This document shows positions 40,201 through 50,231 of a stretch of DNA of 64,000 nt, piece by piece (the stretch's first letter is position 1; each line of letters starts with the position of its first letter). The DNA is from Candidatus Sericytochromatia bacterium. GTDB taxonomy: Bacteria > Cyanobacteriota > Sericytochromatia > S15B-MN24 > JAQBPE01. The translations under genes were made by a program, and so were the position numbers. A model generated the notes under the pieces. The model did not search any database and had not been told where the DNA came from. It was given only the letters and a program-made list of their open reading frames with translations. Location of the stretch: the NCBI GenBank assembly GCA_040400605.1, contig JBBAPZ010000003.1, positions 1 to 64,000 on the forward strand. Direction: 5' to 3'.

Positions 40201-41596
40201 CCATCGACCCCACCGGCACATCACCCGTTTGCGCCATTGGCGCCAACAAACGCTCCACATCTTCCCGACCGTAGCCAAAAGCCTTCTGTGCCGTCAGCAG
40301 CACCGCTTCGTCACGCCCAAAATCGGACACATCCCCCCTTGCCGCGTCAGCAATCGGAACCTGCACGTGTCCTGGCGCATCAGCAATGGGTACGACTCGG
40401 CCTTGCGCGGTATCAAACACCCACAATTCACCCGCCTTGAACTGCCCACGCTCAACGACACTCAGTGAATCAGGTGAGATGACACCGGCTTCGGACGCCA
40501 CAATCATCAATTGGTCCTGGGTGCGCCAATAACGCAAAGGCCTCAAACCGTTGCGGTCCAAACACGCCCCCACCATCCGGCCATCGCTGAAACACACCGC
40601 AGCCGGCCCATCCCAGGGCGCATGCGCAAGCGCCGTGATGTGGCCTGGTTGACGCAAAATCTCAGGCATCATCACGCGCAGGGCGTCACCAAGCGACACG
40701 CCCGCAACCAAATGTTGGGTCAAGGTGCGATCAAACGCCCCGGAATCACTGCCAGGTCCCGGATAAAACACCGTACCCGATGCCTGCGCCTGCGCGATAC
40801 ACTCCCGCAAATTGCCTGGCAAAGTATTAAACTCACCATTGTGCGCAATGAGACCAAACGGCTGCGCCAAGGGCCACACCGGCCATGTGTTGGTGCTGTA
40901 GCGTTGGTGAAATACGCAAACCGCACTGTGCAAGTCCGGATCCCGCAAATCCGGATAAAACTCACCCAGCGCACCGCCCCTCAACAAGGCTTTGTACACC
41001 GTCGTGCGACTGGACAACGAACAAAGGTAAGCCTTGATATCACTTCGGGCCAATTCAGGCGCAATGGCCAAACCGGCACGCCGCAATTCCTGCTCGAAAT
41101 CCGGCGTTTGTGGCGCATCCTCAGCACGCGCGACCAATGCCTGAAAAATCGCGGGCATCGCGCCTCGGGCGATCGCACCCAACACCCCCGCTTGCGTCGG
41201 CACTTCACGCCAAGCCAACAAATCCAACCCCTGACGCGCCAAACTTTGCACAACCAATGCCTGCGCCGCCTCCAAACGCTCAGGATCCAAAAAACACATC
41301 GCAAACCCAATGCTTTGCCCATCAGCCCACTGCTGGCCAAACTGCCGACGCCACCACGCAAGCGTTGGTGCAATGAGCACCCCGGCGCCATCCCCGCTAG
41401 CCCCATCCGCACCCACCGCACCACGATGCTGCAGCCGCGCAAGTGCCTCAAGCCCCAGTGCCACCACGCGATGCTCGGGCTGACCGGTCAAATTGGCAAT
41501 GAAACCGGTCCCACACGCATCGTGCTCAAAACCGGGATCGTACAACCCATCGCTTGCCGGCAACCGCCACGCGCGGTGCTTCCATAAAGGTGCCAC
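37268..41596 (-). CDS. gltB: Glutamate synthase large subunit
   Basis: EHDACGTGF, HQRYSTNT, AQVTNPPID, QGAKPGEGGQLPG, 3Fe-4S GCVMARQCHQNNCP, GXGXG C-terminal repeats; AAGGAG RBS before GTG 41596. Confidence 0.96.
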   Translation of the reverse strand: MAPLWKHRAWRLPASDGLYDPGFEHDACGTGFIANLTGQPEHRVVALGLEALARLQHRGAVGADGASGDGAGVLIAPTLAWWRRQFGQQWADGQSIGFAMCFLDPERLEAAQALVVQSLARQGLDLLAWREVPTQAGVLGAIARGAMPAIFQALVARAEDAPQTPDFEQELRRAGLAIAPELARSDIKAYLCSLSSRTTVYKALLRGGALGEFYPDLRDPDLHSAVCVFHQRYSTNTWPVWPLAQPFGLIAHNGEFNTLPGNLRECIAQAQASGTVFYPGPGSDSGAFDRTLTQHLVAGVSLGDALRVMMPEILRQPGHITALAHAPWDGPAAVCFSDGRMVGACLDRNGLRPLRYWRTQDQLMIVASEAGVISPDSLSVVERGQFKAGELWVFDTAQGRVVPIADAPGHVQVPIADAARGDVSDFGRDEAVLLTAQKAFGYGREDVERLLAPMAQTGDVPVGSMGDDTSIALLARRPRTLYHYFKQRFAQVTNPPIDALREAVMMNLDVAVAHADGFLGLSSPVLQEETLALIQARVSAHAWLDATCDVMEQAAGFERRLADLADEAVRLARAGVRVLILSDRAIAPARVAIPALLVTSYVDMALVEAGFRGKVGLIVAAGDVIEDHHLALLLGFGATAVLPHVALRTVAALAPGLGLNGVMAQRNYQRALEAGLKKIMAKMGIGTLRSYQGAALFDAVGLSGAFLGRYFRGLRSPIGGIGLAELVDDCLMRHVGAFDASGDAVLADQGHFRYRVGGEPHHNSPAVFKAIQQQARASQLDRVRPVVAVEARAWVLRDGLSLCSTQAPVDLEQVESAGAIARRFVASAMSLGALSREAHQVIAIAMNRLGARSNSGEGGEDAARFKPDANGDCANSTIKQIAAGRFGVTPHYLLSADEIEIKIAQGAKPGEGGQLPGFKVNAEIARLRRARVGTPLISPPPHHDIYSIEDLAQLIHDLKTLHPLARIAVKLVASLGIGTIAAGVVKAGADVIHISGHDGGTGASPLGSLRYAGLPWELGLAEVQQTLLMNGLRARVRLRVDGGLKTGKDVVIATLLGADEFGFGTPLLIAAGCVMARQCHQNNCPVGIATQDERLRARFKGTPENIVAYLIGVADDVRENLGELGFESLEAAVGRTDCLHTTPIAHPRGHTLDLGPLLVRPAPMVHSVSPHTSDSNTLSARLLADVAGALDAMQPFVGHYPIHNMDRAVGTAVAGVITRRHGETGSPKPIHLHFQGVAGQSFGAFGVSGLHLCLVGEANDYVGKGLAGGLLVIRPDRQTERPQAIVGNTVLYGATGGALYAAGCAGQRFAVRNAGAIAVIEGVGHHACEYMTGGTVLILGSVGANLAAGMTGGDLYVYDPEGSLAAALNQDTVVAKRLDSGNELAVLTLLQTHVDLTGSAFASAILAQWDRCREQVLHVQPHPPREPMPVRAPEAGVVSVNS

Positions 41597-42067
41597 AGGC
41601 GCTCCTTTCAGGGAGGTCACCCGGCCAGCCCTCATGGCGGCCATGGCAACACGGTGAAGAGGAGCCACACCAGTGTGGCAAACGGCGCTTCAACCCTGTC
41701 AATGGGCACACAAACAACGCCAGAGGCCAGCTAGCATAACCGAAATTCACCAGGCTGTCACGAACGGAAAATCAAAAATGCTTGGTCACTTGCAACCAAG
41801 TAAAGGTTAACAGGCAGACGGCGGTGCGATGCGACACCGCACTGGTTGAGCACCACCACGTGAACGCCTCAAAACCCCAGGCGTTGTTGTCGTGATGGAG
41901 TCACATTGCCTGAAACGACGCCCACTAGCCGGTCAAAAGGCACGCTACCCATCGTGCAGATGACGGGGATACAACTGAGCGACGGATCGCATCAATGCCA
42001 TTAAACGATAACACTTGGTCATAGCGGCCAAGGTATCCTGTGCCCAGACGCGATGCCAAACAGGCGA

Positions 42068-43300
42068 TCAATCGAGACCTGTAATCACCAACACCGCACT
42101 GTTTGCGCCCGCCAACGCACTCACGAACATCACGCCTTGCGGTCCCCAACTGGGACCACTCGGTTCGGCGCCTTTCATCATCGTCATCACCTGATGCAAG
42201 GTGCCATCGTTTTCGCGGCGCAACACCTGATTGTTGCCGAACGCACGCAGGTTCTCATCGAACTGGTCTTCACAAATCAGCAAGCGCCCAAGGCGATCAA
42301 ACAACAGATTATCCGGATTCGCCAATTGCTTACCGTCAGCCTCAAGATACACTTCCATCCGACTGGTGCGTGGATCCAACCGCAAAATGCGACCGTAGGG
42401 ATCACCCACCGCAATCGTACCCGTTTCAGCCACATACAAGTTGCCGTCAGGTCCCTTCTTGACGTCCTCCAAGCGGTTAAAACGCGTCGCCCCACGTTCA
42501 CGTGCCTCAATCAGCGCGTTGGTGGGATCCTGGATCATCACCCAGTCCGCCTGTGCCCGCCGATACGCCCACAAGGTGCCTTCCGAAAGATCCGCCGGCC
42601 GCTTGGCGACAAATTTGTATAAACACCCACCCTCATAATCCTCGGTCAAATAAACCGTCCGCAAATCCACCACCTCAGCACTTTCATGACTGAAGCGCCC
42701 AAGCGCCGTCAACCGACGCGCCATCCCGGCTGGCGTACCACCCAAGGGGTTAATTTCATACGCCCAACCCCACGACGCTTTGGGATCACCCGGCTCCAAA
42801 CGCACCCGCTCATACTCGGCCTTGCGCAACGCCGACGCCTTGCGAAAATCACGCTCCGCCGATGGATACGCATCTTGCGGATACTCTTCTCCCGAAATCA
42901 AGGTGCCCCACGGCGTCACCCCACCTGCACAATTGTTGTGCATACCAGACACCCACATCTGCCCACCAACGACTTGATTGCTCTTCAACTCAAGCCGCGT
43001 GAACCGGCCACCCAAAGGATCCGTTCCCCACCGGATCTCATGCCCAACCAACAAATAACCCGCATCGTCACCGTGCGGAAAATACGCGGTCAAATCATTT
43101 TTGGGAGCAAAGGTACCGCCATCTGCCAACCTGTCACCCGTCTGAATCAACACCCGCGCAGACAAACCCTCTGCCAACGCACTTAAATGACGCGGCAACG
43201 ACTCCGCTTGCGCCTTCAATCCACCTTGCGCAACACAAGCCGCCAAAACAACCGCCAAGGTCCACATTCCACGCATCCAAGAGCCTCGCTTCGGAATCAC
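42068..43300 (-). CDS. PhoX-like (DUF839) alkaline phosphatase, compact form
   Basis: NCAGGVTPWGTLISGEE, LGRFSHE, FNRLED, NPDNL, ICED and AEPSG motifs; signal peptide. Confidence 0.85.
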   Translation of the reverse strand: MIPKRGSWMRGMWTLAVVLAACVAQGGLKAQAESLPRHLSALAEGLSARVLIQTGDRLADGGTFAPKNDLTAYFPHGDDAGYLLVGHEIRWGTDPLGGRFTRLELKSNQVVGGQMWVSGMHNNCAGGVTPWGTLISGEEYPQDAYPSAERDFRKASALRKAEYERVRLEPGDPKASWGWAYEINPLGGTPAGMARRLTALGRFSHESAEVVDLRTVYLTEDYEGGCLYKFVAKRPADLSEGTLWAYRRAQADWVMIQDPTNALIEARERGATRFNRLEDVKKGPDGNLYVAETGTIAVGDPYGRILRLDPRTSRMEVYLEADGKQLANPDNLLFDRLGRLLICEDQFDENLRAFGNNQVLRRENDGTLHQVMTMMKGAEPSGPSWGPQGVMFVSALAGANSAVLVITGLD

Positions 43301-43367
43301 CCCACCGCATCCGCAACAACACGATTACCGTGGGAATCATACCAGCCAGCCCGCTTGGCTGACCACG

Positions 43368-44261
43368 TCACTCCACCGCAACCCGCACATCATCGGTCTG
43401 CCAGTTCTTGTCCGTAAACGTGAAAACCTGCGATGCCCGACCAGCAAGCGTCAACGGTGTACGAACCACCGGCGTTTTGGCTGGCGCACCCTTGTTCAAA
43501 AACTGCACCACCAAAGCCCCCGTCCGACTCGTGCTCATCGGGTTCACCACCAGAACGTCACAACGATAAGTCCCAACTCCCAGCACCACACCATTTTTTT
43601 TGGCCGTCACAAACGCCGCCAGTGGCTGGGTAGACGAGGATGTCACCATGGCAGCCTCGGCCTCGCGGGTGCGCCAGTTCTTGTCTTCAAATGTGATGCT
43701 TTTCACCTCATTGGCAGCCACCGTCAGCAACTTCACCGCCGGCGGCGTCCCGGAGTCCTTGCCCTTCTCCTTAAACGTCACGCGCAAGACACCCGTCTGA
43801 CTGGCACTGTCCTCATGCCACACCCTGACGGTACAGCGAAAAGTCCCAACACCCAACACCACACCATTTTTCACACTCGTGATTTCCGTATGCCACCCCG
43901 GATCATTCAACAACCCAAAAACCGGCTCAGACGCCTCACTGGCATCTTGACCACCCGTAAGCGCCTCATCTGGCGCCACCGCCGCGCTCGGCACCAACAC
44001 GCCGGGCGCAATCAATGGCGATGCAGGTGGTTCAACGCCATCGCCGACGTTCGAGGACGGCGTCTCTGTCGCTTCGAGACGGGGTGCAGGCGTACGACCG
44101 GATGACGACGCAGTCGGAGTCGGTACAGGCCGCGACGCCACCTTGCTGACGCCCGCCGCGCGACGCACAGGCACTGCGCTTTGCGGCGCCTGACCACACG
44201 CAACCAGCAACGTCGCACCCGCAACCAGCCAGCACACCTGCCGTCCACAACTTCGACGCAT
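43368..44261 (-). CDS. Lipoprotein with two tandem ~88 aa beta-rich repeats
   Basis: Lipobox LVAC; KNGVVLGVGT(F/Y)RC.V...TF.DKNW.T occurs twice. Confidence 0.8.
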   Translation of the reverse strand: MRRSCGRQVCWLVAGATLLVACGQAPQSAVPVRRAAGVSKVASRPVPTPTASSSGRTPAPRLEATETPSSNVGDGVEPPASPLIAPGVLVPSAAVAPDEALTGGQDASEASEPVFGLLNDPGWHTEITSVKNGVVLGVGTFRCTVRVWHEDSASQTGVLRVTFKEKGKDSGTPPAVKLLTVAANEVKSITFEDKNWRTREAEAAMVTSSSTQPLAAFVTAKKNGVVLGVGTYRCDVLVVNPMSTSRTGALVVQFLNKGAPAKTPVVRTPLTLAGRASQVFTFTDKNWQTDDVRVAVE

Positions 44262-45048
44262 CCCCACGGTGTGCCCTCCCCAACCCTTTATAACCAACCC
44301 CTAAAACCCTTGTCGGCATCACGCAAGTCCGGGTTGCGCGACTGTAGCTTAAAAAAAATTTAAGTGAAAGTTAAAACATCTGGTTTCTTAGAGGCAAGAA
44401 TGGCACAGCAAGCGTCGATTGCGGGTGGAAAGTGCCGTCATGCCATCATGCCTGTGCTATTCGCCGCTTGGGATATGGCTTCTGTTGTTTGGTTCCATTC
44501 GCTTGCTTTAGACTCAAGTTTCGCAACCAAAACGTCGGATTCTTGTGGGCCCGCCTGGCTTTGACGTCGAAGCGGTGTCTTTGCAGCGTTTCTGGTAAGA
44601 AACCTTGGGGTAGGCTCCCAGGCGTCAAAATGCCGTAGCCGTAGACTGAACTGCGTCAGGCAGTCAAACCGCCTGCCAGATCGAAAAGCGTGGCGTCGAC
44701 TGGTGGCGAGTTCCCGCACGCGTACGCTTGAGGCTCTCGCACGACGCACGCAAGTGCTGCCTGTTAATGATACGTCACGGATTGGCAAGCGTAAAAACGC
44801 TGCATCATTGGCGTGAAGGGTGTACACTTGAACAGGCTGGCGTGCCGATCAATTCGTAAAGTCAAATTTAGATGCGACGCGGTGGCGTCCAGGGGTTGAA
44901 AGCAAGGGGAAGCCTGCTTCGTTGTGTGTGACCAACGAGCGACCAGGTCTTGGTGCGTCAGGGCGAGTGGGTACTTGGGGCGATGGCCTGACAGGTGCCA
45001 GCGGGTTTTGGTGGGCAATTTGGCGTGTATTCGCGCGGGGGGTAGCCG

Positions 45049-47466
45049 ATGCTTCAAGAGCAGAGTGTGAAGGGTTCGTCCGAGGCGCCGTGGCGATGCA
45101 ATTTGGGCCGAGAGTCGGTCGATTGGTTGAGCGGACCGCGGCCGGAATGGTGGTTTAGCGGGGGGTTGGCTTTTGATCGCGCGGCTGCAGGCTTGGGCCC
45201 GGACGGGGCGCTGACGTCTTTGCCTCAGATGAGGTTGGATACGTGCACGCGCGAAACGGTGCGGGCTTATTTTGAGAATACGTGGTGGTTGACGGAGTTA
45301 TTATTTTCGGCGCTGGCGAGTGAAGAGGCCTTTTATCAGCCGCCGTACCACGGCCTGCGGCATCCGATGATTTTTTATTTTTGTCATCCGGCTGTGTTGT
45401 ACGTGAACAAGTTGCGGGTCGTTGGGTACCTAGATGGGCCGGTCAACGCGGCGTTTGAGAATTTGTTCGAGACGGGTGTGGATGAGATGTCTTGGGATGA
45501 TATGTCCAAGAACGAGCAGTTGTGGCCGACTTTGTCGGAGGCGATGGATTATCGCAAGCAGGTGTATGCGTTGGTGCAAGCGGCGATCGCACAAGCACCC
45601 GAGCTCGATGTCACGCCGCGGCCATTTCGTCGTGAGGGTGTGTTGTGGGCATTGGCGATGGGTTTCGAACATGAACGGATTCATTTGGAAACGTCGAGCG
45701 TGTTGATCCGCGAACTGCCCTTGGCGCACATCCAGCGGCCGGTTGGCTGGGTCGCCAATCATCCGTCGTCCTTGGCTGACTCGGCTGAGTTGCCCGAGGC
45801 GGGGTGTGATTACCCGGTACCAGGTGCGCTTGCGGTGGCGCCCGGCGAGGTTGTAATCGGCAAGCCGTCCGAATACCCGTCGTTTGGCTGGGACAACACG
45901 CGTGGCGATCGCGTGACGCAGGTTCGTGCGTTTGAAGCCGACCGTTATCTCGTGAGCAATGGCGCCTATCACGCGTTTGTCCGTGCAGGTGGCTATCGCG
46001 AGCAAAGTTATTGGTCGGAAGCCGGATGGGCATGGCGCACGTTTCGCAATGCGAAATGGCCGTGTTTTTGGGTGCCGGACGGGCCAGCGGGTTTGCTGCG
46101 TTTCCGTTTGCGCACCTGTTTCGAAACGACCGCTATGCCATGGTCGTGGCCTGTGGAAGTCAACTGGTACGAGGCCCAGGCCTATGCCAACTGGCGTGCC
46201 GCTGAAACGGGACAGGCCTGGCGACTGCTGACGGAGGCGGAGCACCATGGTTTGCGTGATGATCGTCATACAGGCCGGGCAGGCATGGCGGCTCACGACC
46301 CGGTTTTGACACTTGATGGGCGTGCGATGGCGCATCAGGGTCTTAACCTGAATCTGGCGTACGCCACGCCGATGCCGGTCGATGCAGGCGTGCCAAGCCA
46401 AAAAGGATTTTATGACGTGTTTGGTAATGTCTGGCAGTGGATGGGGGATCACTTCCACCCGTTGCCGGGCTTCAAGCAGGATGTGCTCTACGAAGACTTT
46501 TCGCAGCCTTGTTTTGACGGTCGCCACCAGATGATTTTGGGCGGATCATTCATCAGCACGGGTGAAGAAGCCAGCATTTGGGCGCGTTATCATTTTCGAC
46601 CGCACTTTTTGCAACACGCCGGTTTTCGTCTGGGGCGCCTCGCAAGCGGTGAAGCAGGCTCGGATGCAGTCTTGTTGCACGGTATTGGTGCAGGGTCTGG
46701 GGTTTATGAAAGCGACCAGACCTTAAACGAGTATATGGTGCTGCATTATGGCTCGCCCAACGAGGTGATGCCTTACGCCTTCGGCCCCAAAGATGCCGTA
46801 AATTTTCCTGTTCGTTGCGCACAACTGGTCAATGACGTGGCGCGCGAACTGGCCATTCCGATGCACCGGGCACTGGATGTCGGGTGTGCGGTGGGTGGTG
46901 CGGTATTTGAGTTGGCAACCGCCTTTGATGAAGTCGTGGGGGTTGATCTCTCACAAGCATTCATCGAAGCGGCTGAAACACTGCGCAGGAACGGTCGGAT
47001 GCCATATTGGCTGAAACAGGAAGGGGAAATCGGTGAAGCGCGTGAGGCGATTATCCAACCGGCCAGCCTTCGTGAACGCGTGGCCTTCCGCGTGGATGAT
47101 GCATGCAATCTATCCGCCGACTTAGAGGGTTTCGACGCCGTTTTGATGGCCAATCTGTTGTGTCGTCTGCCCGAACCCCAGGCGGCGATCGCAAGGCTCA
47201 CCGGTCACCGGGCCCTCGTGCGCCCCGGTGGGTTGCTCGTCCTGATTTCGCCCTACACGTGGCTGGATGCCTTCACGCCTCGTCAAGCCTGGCTCGGTGC
47301 GCGTTATCAAGACGGCGTAGCCCTCCGTTCGCAAGATGCCATCAAGACGGCTTTGTCACCAGCGTTCAAACTGGTGCGCGAGGCGGATGTCCCGTTGGTG
47401 ATACGCGAACATCAACGCAAGTTCCAATACATCGTGTCACACGCCATGGTCTGGCAAAGACGCTAA
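45049..47466 (+). CDS. ovoA: 5-histidylcysteine sulfoxide synthase with C-terminal methyltransferase (ovothiol biosynthesis)
   Basis: LRHPMIFYFCHPA, GVDEMSWDD, Fe motif EHERIHLETSSVL, FGE-sulfatase domain with FRPHFLQHAGFR, SAM motif ALDVGCAVG, ends REHQRKFQY. Confidence 0.93.
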   Translation: MLQEQSVKGSSEAPWRCNLGRESVDWLSGPRPEWWFSGGLAFDRAAAGLGPDGALTSLPQMRLDTCTRETVRAYFENTWWLTELLFSALASEEAFYQPPYHGLRHPMIFYFCHPAVLYVNKLRVVGYLDGPVNAAFENLFETGVDEMSWDDMSKNEQLWPTLSEAMDYRKQVYALVQAAIAQAPELDVTPRPFRREGVLWALAMGFEHERIHLETSSVLIRELPLAHIQRPVGWVANHPSSLADSAELPEAGCDYPVPGALAVAPGEVVIGKPSEYPSFGWDNTRGDRVTQVRAFEADRYLVSNGAYHAFVRAGGYREQSYWSEAGWAWRTFRNAKWPCFWVPDGPAGLLRFRLRTCFETTAMPWSWPVEVNWYEAQAYANWRAAETGQAWRLLTEAEHHGLRDDRHTGRAGMAAHDPVLTLDGRAMAHQGLNLNLAYATPMPVDAGVPSQKGFYDVFGNVWQWMGDHFHPLPGFKQDVLYEDFSQPCFDGRHQMILGGSFISTGEEASIWARYHFRPHFLQHAGFRLGRLASGEAGSDAVLLHGIGAGSGVYESDQTLNEYMVLHYGSPNEVMPYAFGPKDAVNFPVRCAQLVNDVARELAIPMHRALDVGCAVGGAVFELATAFDEVVGVDLSQAFIEAAETLRRNGRMPYWLKQEGEIGEAREAIIQPASLRERVAFRVDDACNLSADLEGFDAVLMANLLCRLPEPQAAIARLTGHRALVRPGGLLVLISPYTWLDAFTPRQAWLGARYQDGVALRSQDAIKTALSPAFKLVREADVPLVIREHQRKFQYIVSHAMVWQRR

Positions 47467-47540
47467 ACCACCGCCAGACACTTGCCCCAAAGACCGCACA
47501 CGCTATCATCTCCCTTGCACGAGTCAAAGGAGGTGACGTG

Positions 47541-47780
47541 ATGCGGTTTTTGACATGGCAACCCCTGTGGGCCCCCGTAGACCGTCCAAGCGGCACACCA
47601 TCACCCAAAAAACGCCGCACAACCAAAAAAACGCCCAACGTGACGCCCTGGCACGAAACCCTCGACCAAGCCCTCACCGGCCGACTCCGAATACCCGGCG
47701 TCGATGACGCCGCCATCATCGCCCAAGCCCTCGACGGCACCGAAGCCGGGCCTCACAACCCCACCCGCGGCCTCGATTAA
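47541..47780 (+). CDS. Small hypothetical protein
   Basis: AAGGAGG RBS; 79 aa; followed by a terminator. Confidence 0.55.
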   Translation: MRFLTWQPLWAPVDRPSGTPSPKKRRTTKKTPNVTPWHETLDQALTGRLRIPGVDDAAIIAQALDGTEAGPHNPTRGLD

Positions 47781-47793
47781 CGATTTTTTTATC

Positions 47794-47833
47794 ACCTGGC
47801 AGCCAGCAAAACATGCTGATGCCAGGTTTTTTT
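47794..47833 (+). terminator. Rho-independent terminator
   Basis: ACCTGGCA..TGCCAGGT stem followed by a T run. Confidence 0.7.
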
Positions 47834-48090
47834 GGTTTTTTCACGTGATGTGCATGTTGCCGCAGGAACGCACGAGTTCCGGAATGACGGACACTTGCCG
47901 CAACCCGCATTCGACTGTCAATGAATGACACCAAGCACCAAGGGCCGGATCCCCACGGTAAACGGTAAAAAATGATCGCGCGGATCAGCTATCCCCCCAG
48001 TCTACGAGCTTGCTGCTTCACTTTCACCTTCAACACTACAAGAAACTTTGACATTTATTTAATTATCCCTTAACCTTTTCTGAGGCTGGT

Positions 48091-48579
48091 GTGGTGTGCG
48101 CGGGGGTTGTTGATGTGTTTTGCTTAAAAAAAAGTGGGTTCGTGTCGTTGTGCGTGTTATCAACGCTTCCTTTATGGGGGTGTGGTGGACAGGTTGTGGG
48201 TCGAACCCAAGCGCCTGGTGCCGTTGGTGCTGCGAAGCAGGCGGCAGTAAAATCGGGCGATGATTTTCAGATTCTCTTGGATGGTGAACGCGCACCGGAC
48301 TGGCTGAGCGCCAACCCAGGTCAACGCCTGACTTTTTCAGTCAAGGTGCCGGTGGGGACCAAGATTGTGTGGCGCACGACAGGGGAGGCCCTGAGTGGGT
48401 TGGATAGTCCGCAACTGCGTGTCACACAACGCTTTGGTGGCGGCTATGATGTGATTTGCACGGTTACTTTGCCGAAGGGCGAAACCGCCACGGATAAAGT
48501 CAGGGTATTGGTCAGCGAACCCAACCCTTTACCGACGCCGATGCCGATGCCGCCGGTTCCTTTTCCGCCACGTCCGTAG
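48091..48579 (+). CDS. Putative lipoprotein with Ig/PKD-like domain and Pro-rich tail
   Basis: LWGC lipobox-like motif; beta-rich core; PLPTPMPMPPVP tail; start uncertain. Confidence 0.65.
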   Translation: MVCAGVVDVFCLKKSGFVSLCVLSTLPLWGCGGQVVGRTQAPGAVGAAKQAAVKSGDDFQILLDGERAPDWLSANPGQRLTFSVKVPVGTKIVWRTTGEALSGLDSPQLRVTQRFGGGYDVICTVTLPKGETATDKVRVLVSEPNPLPTPMPMPPVPFPPRP

Positions 48580-48630
48580 GATTAACACGCGAAGGCTTGC
48601 AGCCAACCTAGACTTGTACGCGCACAGCCG

Positions 48631-49656
48631 TCAACCCGAGTCTTCTGAACCCGAATCGTCCGAGCCTGAACTATCCTCACTGTCCAACATCCCTCCGACC
48701 TTGTCGAGTTGCTTCGAAAACGTTTCAGACTGGCGCAGGGCGTCGACCGTCGTAATTAGCTCCTGCAACCCAAGTGATGACGGCGACTCCGTCCCAGTCT
48801 CCACAAACGCAGAATGGGCGAGGGATTGCGTGTCGGCATATTCATGTGCTGGCAGTTGGTTGAGCGCTTGATTGGGGTTAGCCGTCGGCTGAATGTATTG
48901 GTGAAGGATATAACCACTGACCAGCGTACTCACGAGTCCGATATCAGTGTTCGCATCCATCGCCAAATCCTGAGGCACGAATCCTGTCAACCCACTCGGC
49001 TGACCCGGCAATGCAACCATTAACACAACACTGCGGTCACTCGGCATCGGAGCGATGCGAAACTTTCCTTGGTTATCAGTGGTTGCAACAATCGCCTTGC
49101 CATTGCGGCCAACAACAGGTTTACCGGTGGCGTCGACCACTACGACTTGTGCTCCCTCAACGGGGAGTTCTAAAAGGGGTTCCGGTGATGCGCTCATAAT
49201 CTTAAATTTTCCGGCGGCAATCAAGCCCCCACTGTTATTGGCAATCAGGGTGCCGCCCCCTCCGCCAGAGCGAAACAATCCGCCATTGGCAAGGCCGGCG
49301 CCACCGCTCTCACCGGTACCGCGTGGTTGGTTTTGTAAAAGACTGGGAGGCGCCATCACTTTTCCGCTTCGCGCTACCTCATTGCGGGGTATGATTGGTG
49401 CCACAGTCAAGGTCACAGGCTTCGCGATGCCGCCCACAGGAGGCTTGGAAGCGCGATCGCTTTTCGATGTCGCAGGCCCGACTACACTGCTGCTTATGGT
49501 GACCCGCAGCGGGGTTGCGATACTCGATCGACGCTCGCTTGGCGCTTCAGGCTTCGCGCCCGGAACCGCATTTGTCGTCTGGCACGCAGACACAGTCACT
49601 ACGACTGCGACGGCTACGAATGAGCAAGTGACGCGAGATTCGAGTGGCATAGTCAT
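48631..49656 (-). CDS. Putative lipoprotein with LIANNSGGLIA motif and carboxypeptidase-regulatory-like domain
   Basis: VSAC lipobox; PVEGAQVVVVDATG..ATTDNQGKF; acidic Ser-rich tail; GAGAGG RBS. Confidence 0.75.
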   Translation of the reverse strand: MTMPLESRVTCSFVAVAVVVTVSACQTTNAVPGAKPEAPSERRSSIATPLRVTISSSVVGPATSKSDRASKPPVGGIAKPVTLTVAPIIPRNEVARSGKVMAPPSLLQNQPRGTGESGGAGLANGGLFRSGGGGGTLIANNSGGLIAAGKFKIMSASPEPLLELPVEGAQVVVVDATGKPVVGRNGKAIVATTDNQGKFRIAPMPSDRSVVLMVALPGQPSGLTGFVPQDLAMDANTDIGLVSTLVSGYILHQYIQPTANPNQALNQLPAHEYADTQSLAHSAFVETGTESPSSLGLQELITTVDALRQSETFSKQLDKVGGMLDSEDSSGSDDSGSEDSG

Positions 49657-50231
49657 ATCCTCTCTTAACCCGAACTGAAGCCCGCTACTCTTATACCCGC
49701 CACCACTGGCATAAAACCATCTTGAGGAACCATCCAATCATCAATTTCACCGATCGGACGCTGACGATCAGAACAATACGCAAGGGTTGGTAGACCGATG
49801 TCGGGTGTTACATGTGGCGTGGCCACAATGAATATTTAACGAACAATCAGTCAATCTGGTGGTTGGAGGAACCATAAGCGAAACAACAACTATACAGTTA
49901 CTGGGATACATCGGTTTCTATTCAACGATTGTGTATCAAGCGCAAAACCTGAGGCACTGACGTGCTGTAATAAAATAACCGGCAAAGTCCGATCACCAGT
50001 CGGCGCTTTTCCACGTAGACGAAGACACAAGGGTAACGAGATTGAATCAGGTGCAACTGGCGGCGGTGCGGCAACGAAAATTTGGTGGGGCCGCTCCAGT
50101 TTCGCGGATTGCGGGAAGCGCGCCAATTTTCACTCCATCACAACGAAACATTATGGCCGTGTGCGCAACATTAGGTTTGTTTACCGGGGCTACAGACTTG
50201 GCGCGCGAGCCCATAAGCACGGTGCGTGCAG

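Noticed and set aside
41600..41900. Glutamine riboswitch, NtcA box or sigma-54 promoter upstream of gltB-amtB
   Set aside because: I looked for these and found no convincing consensus match.
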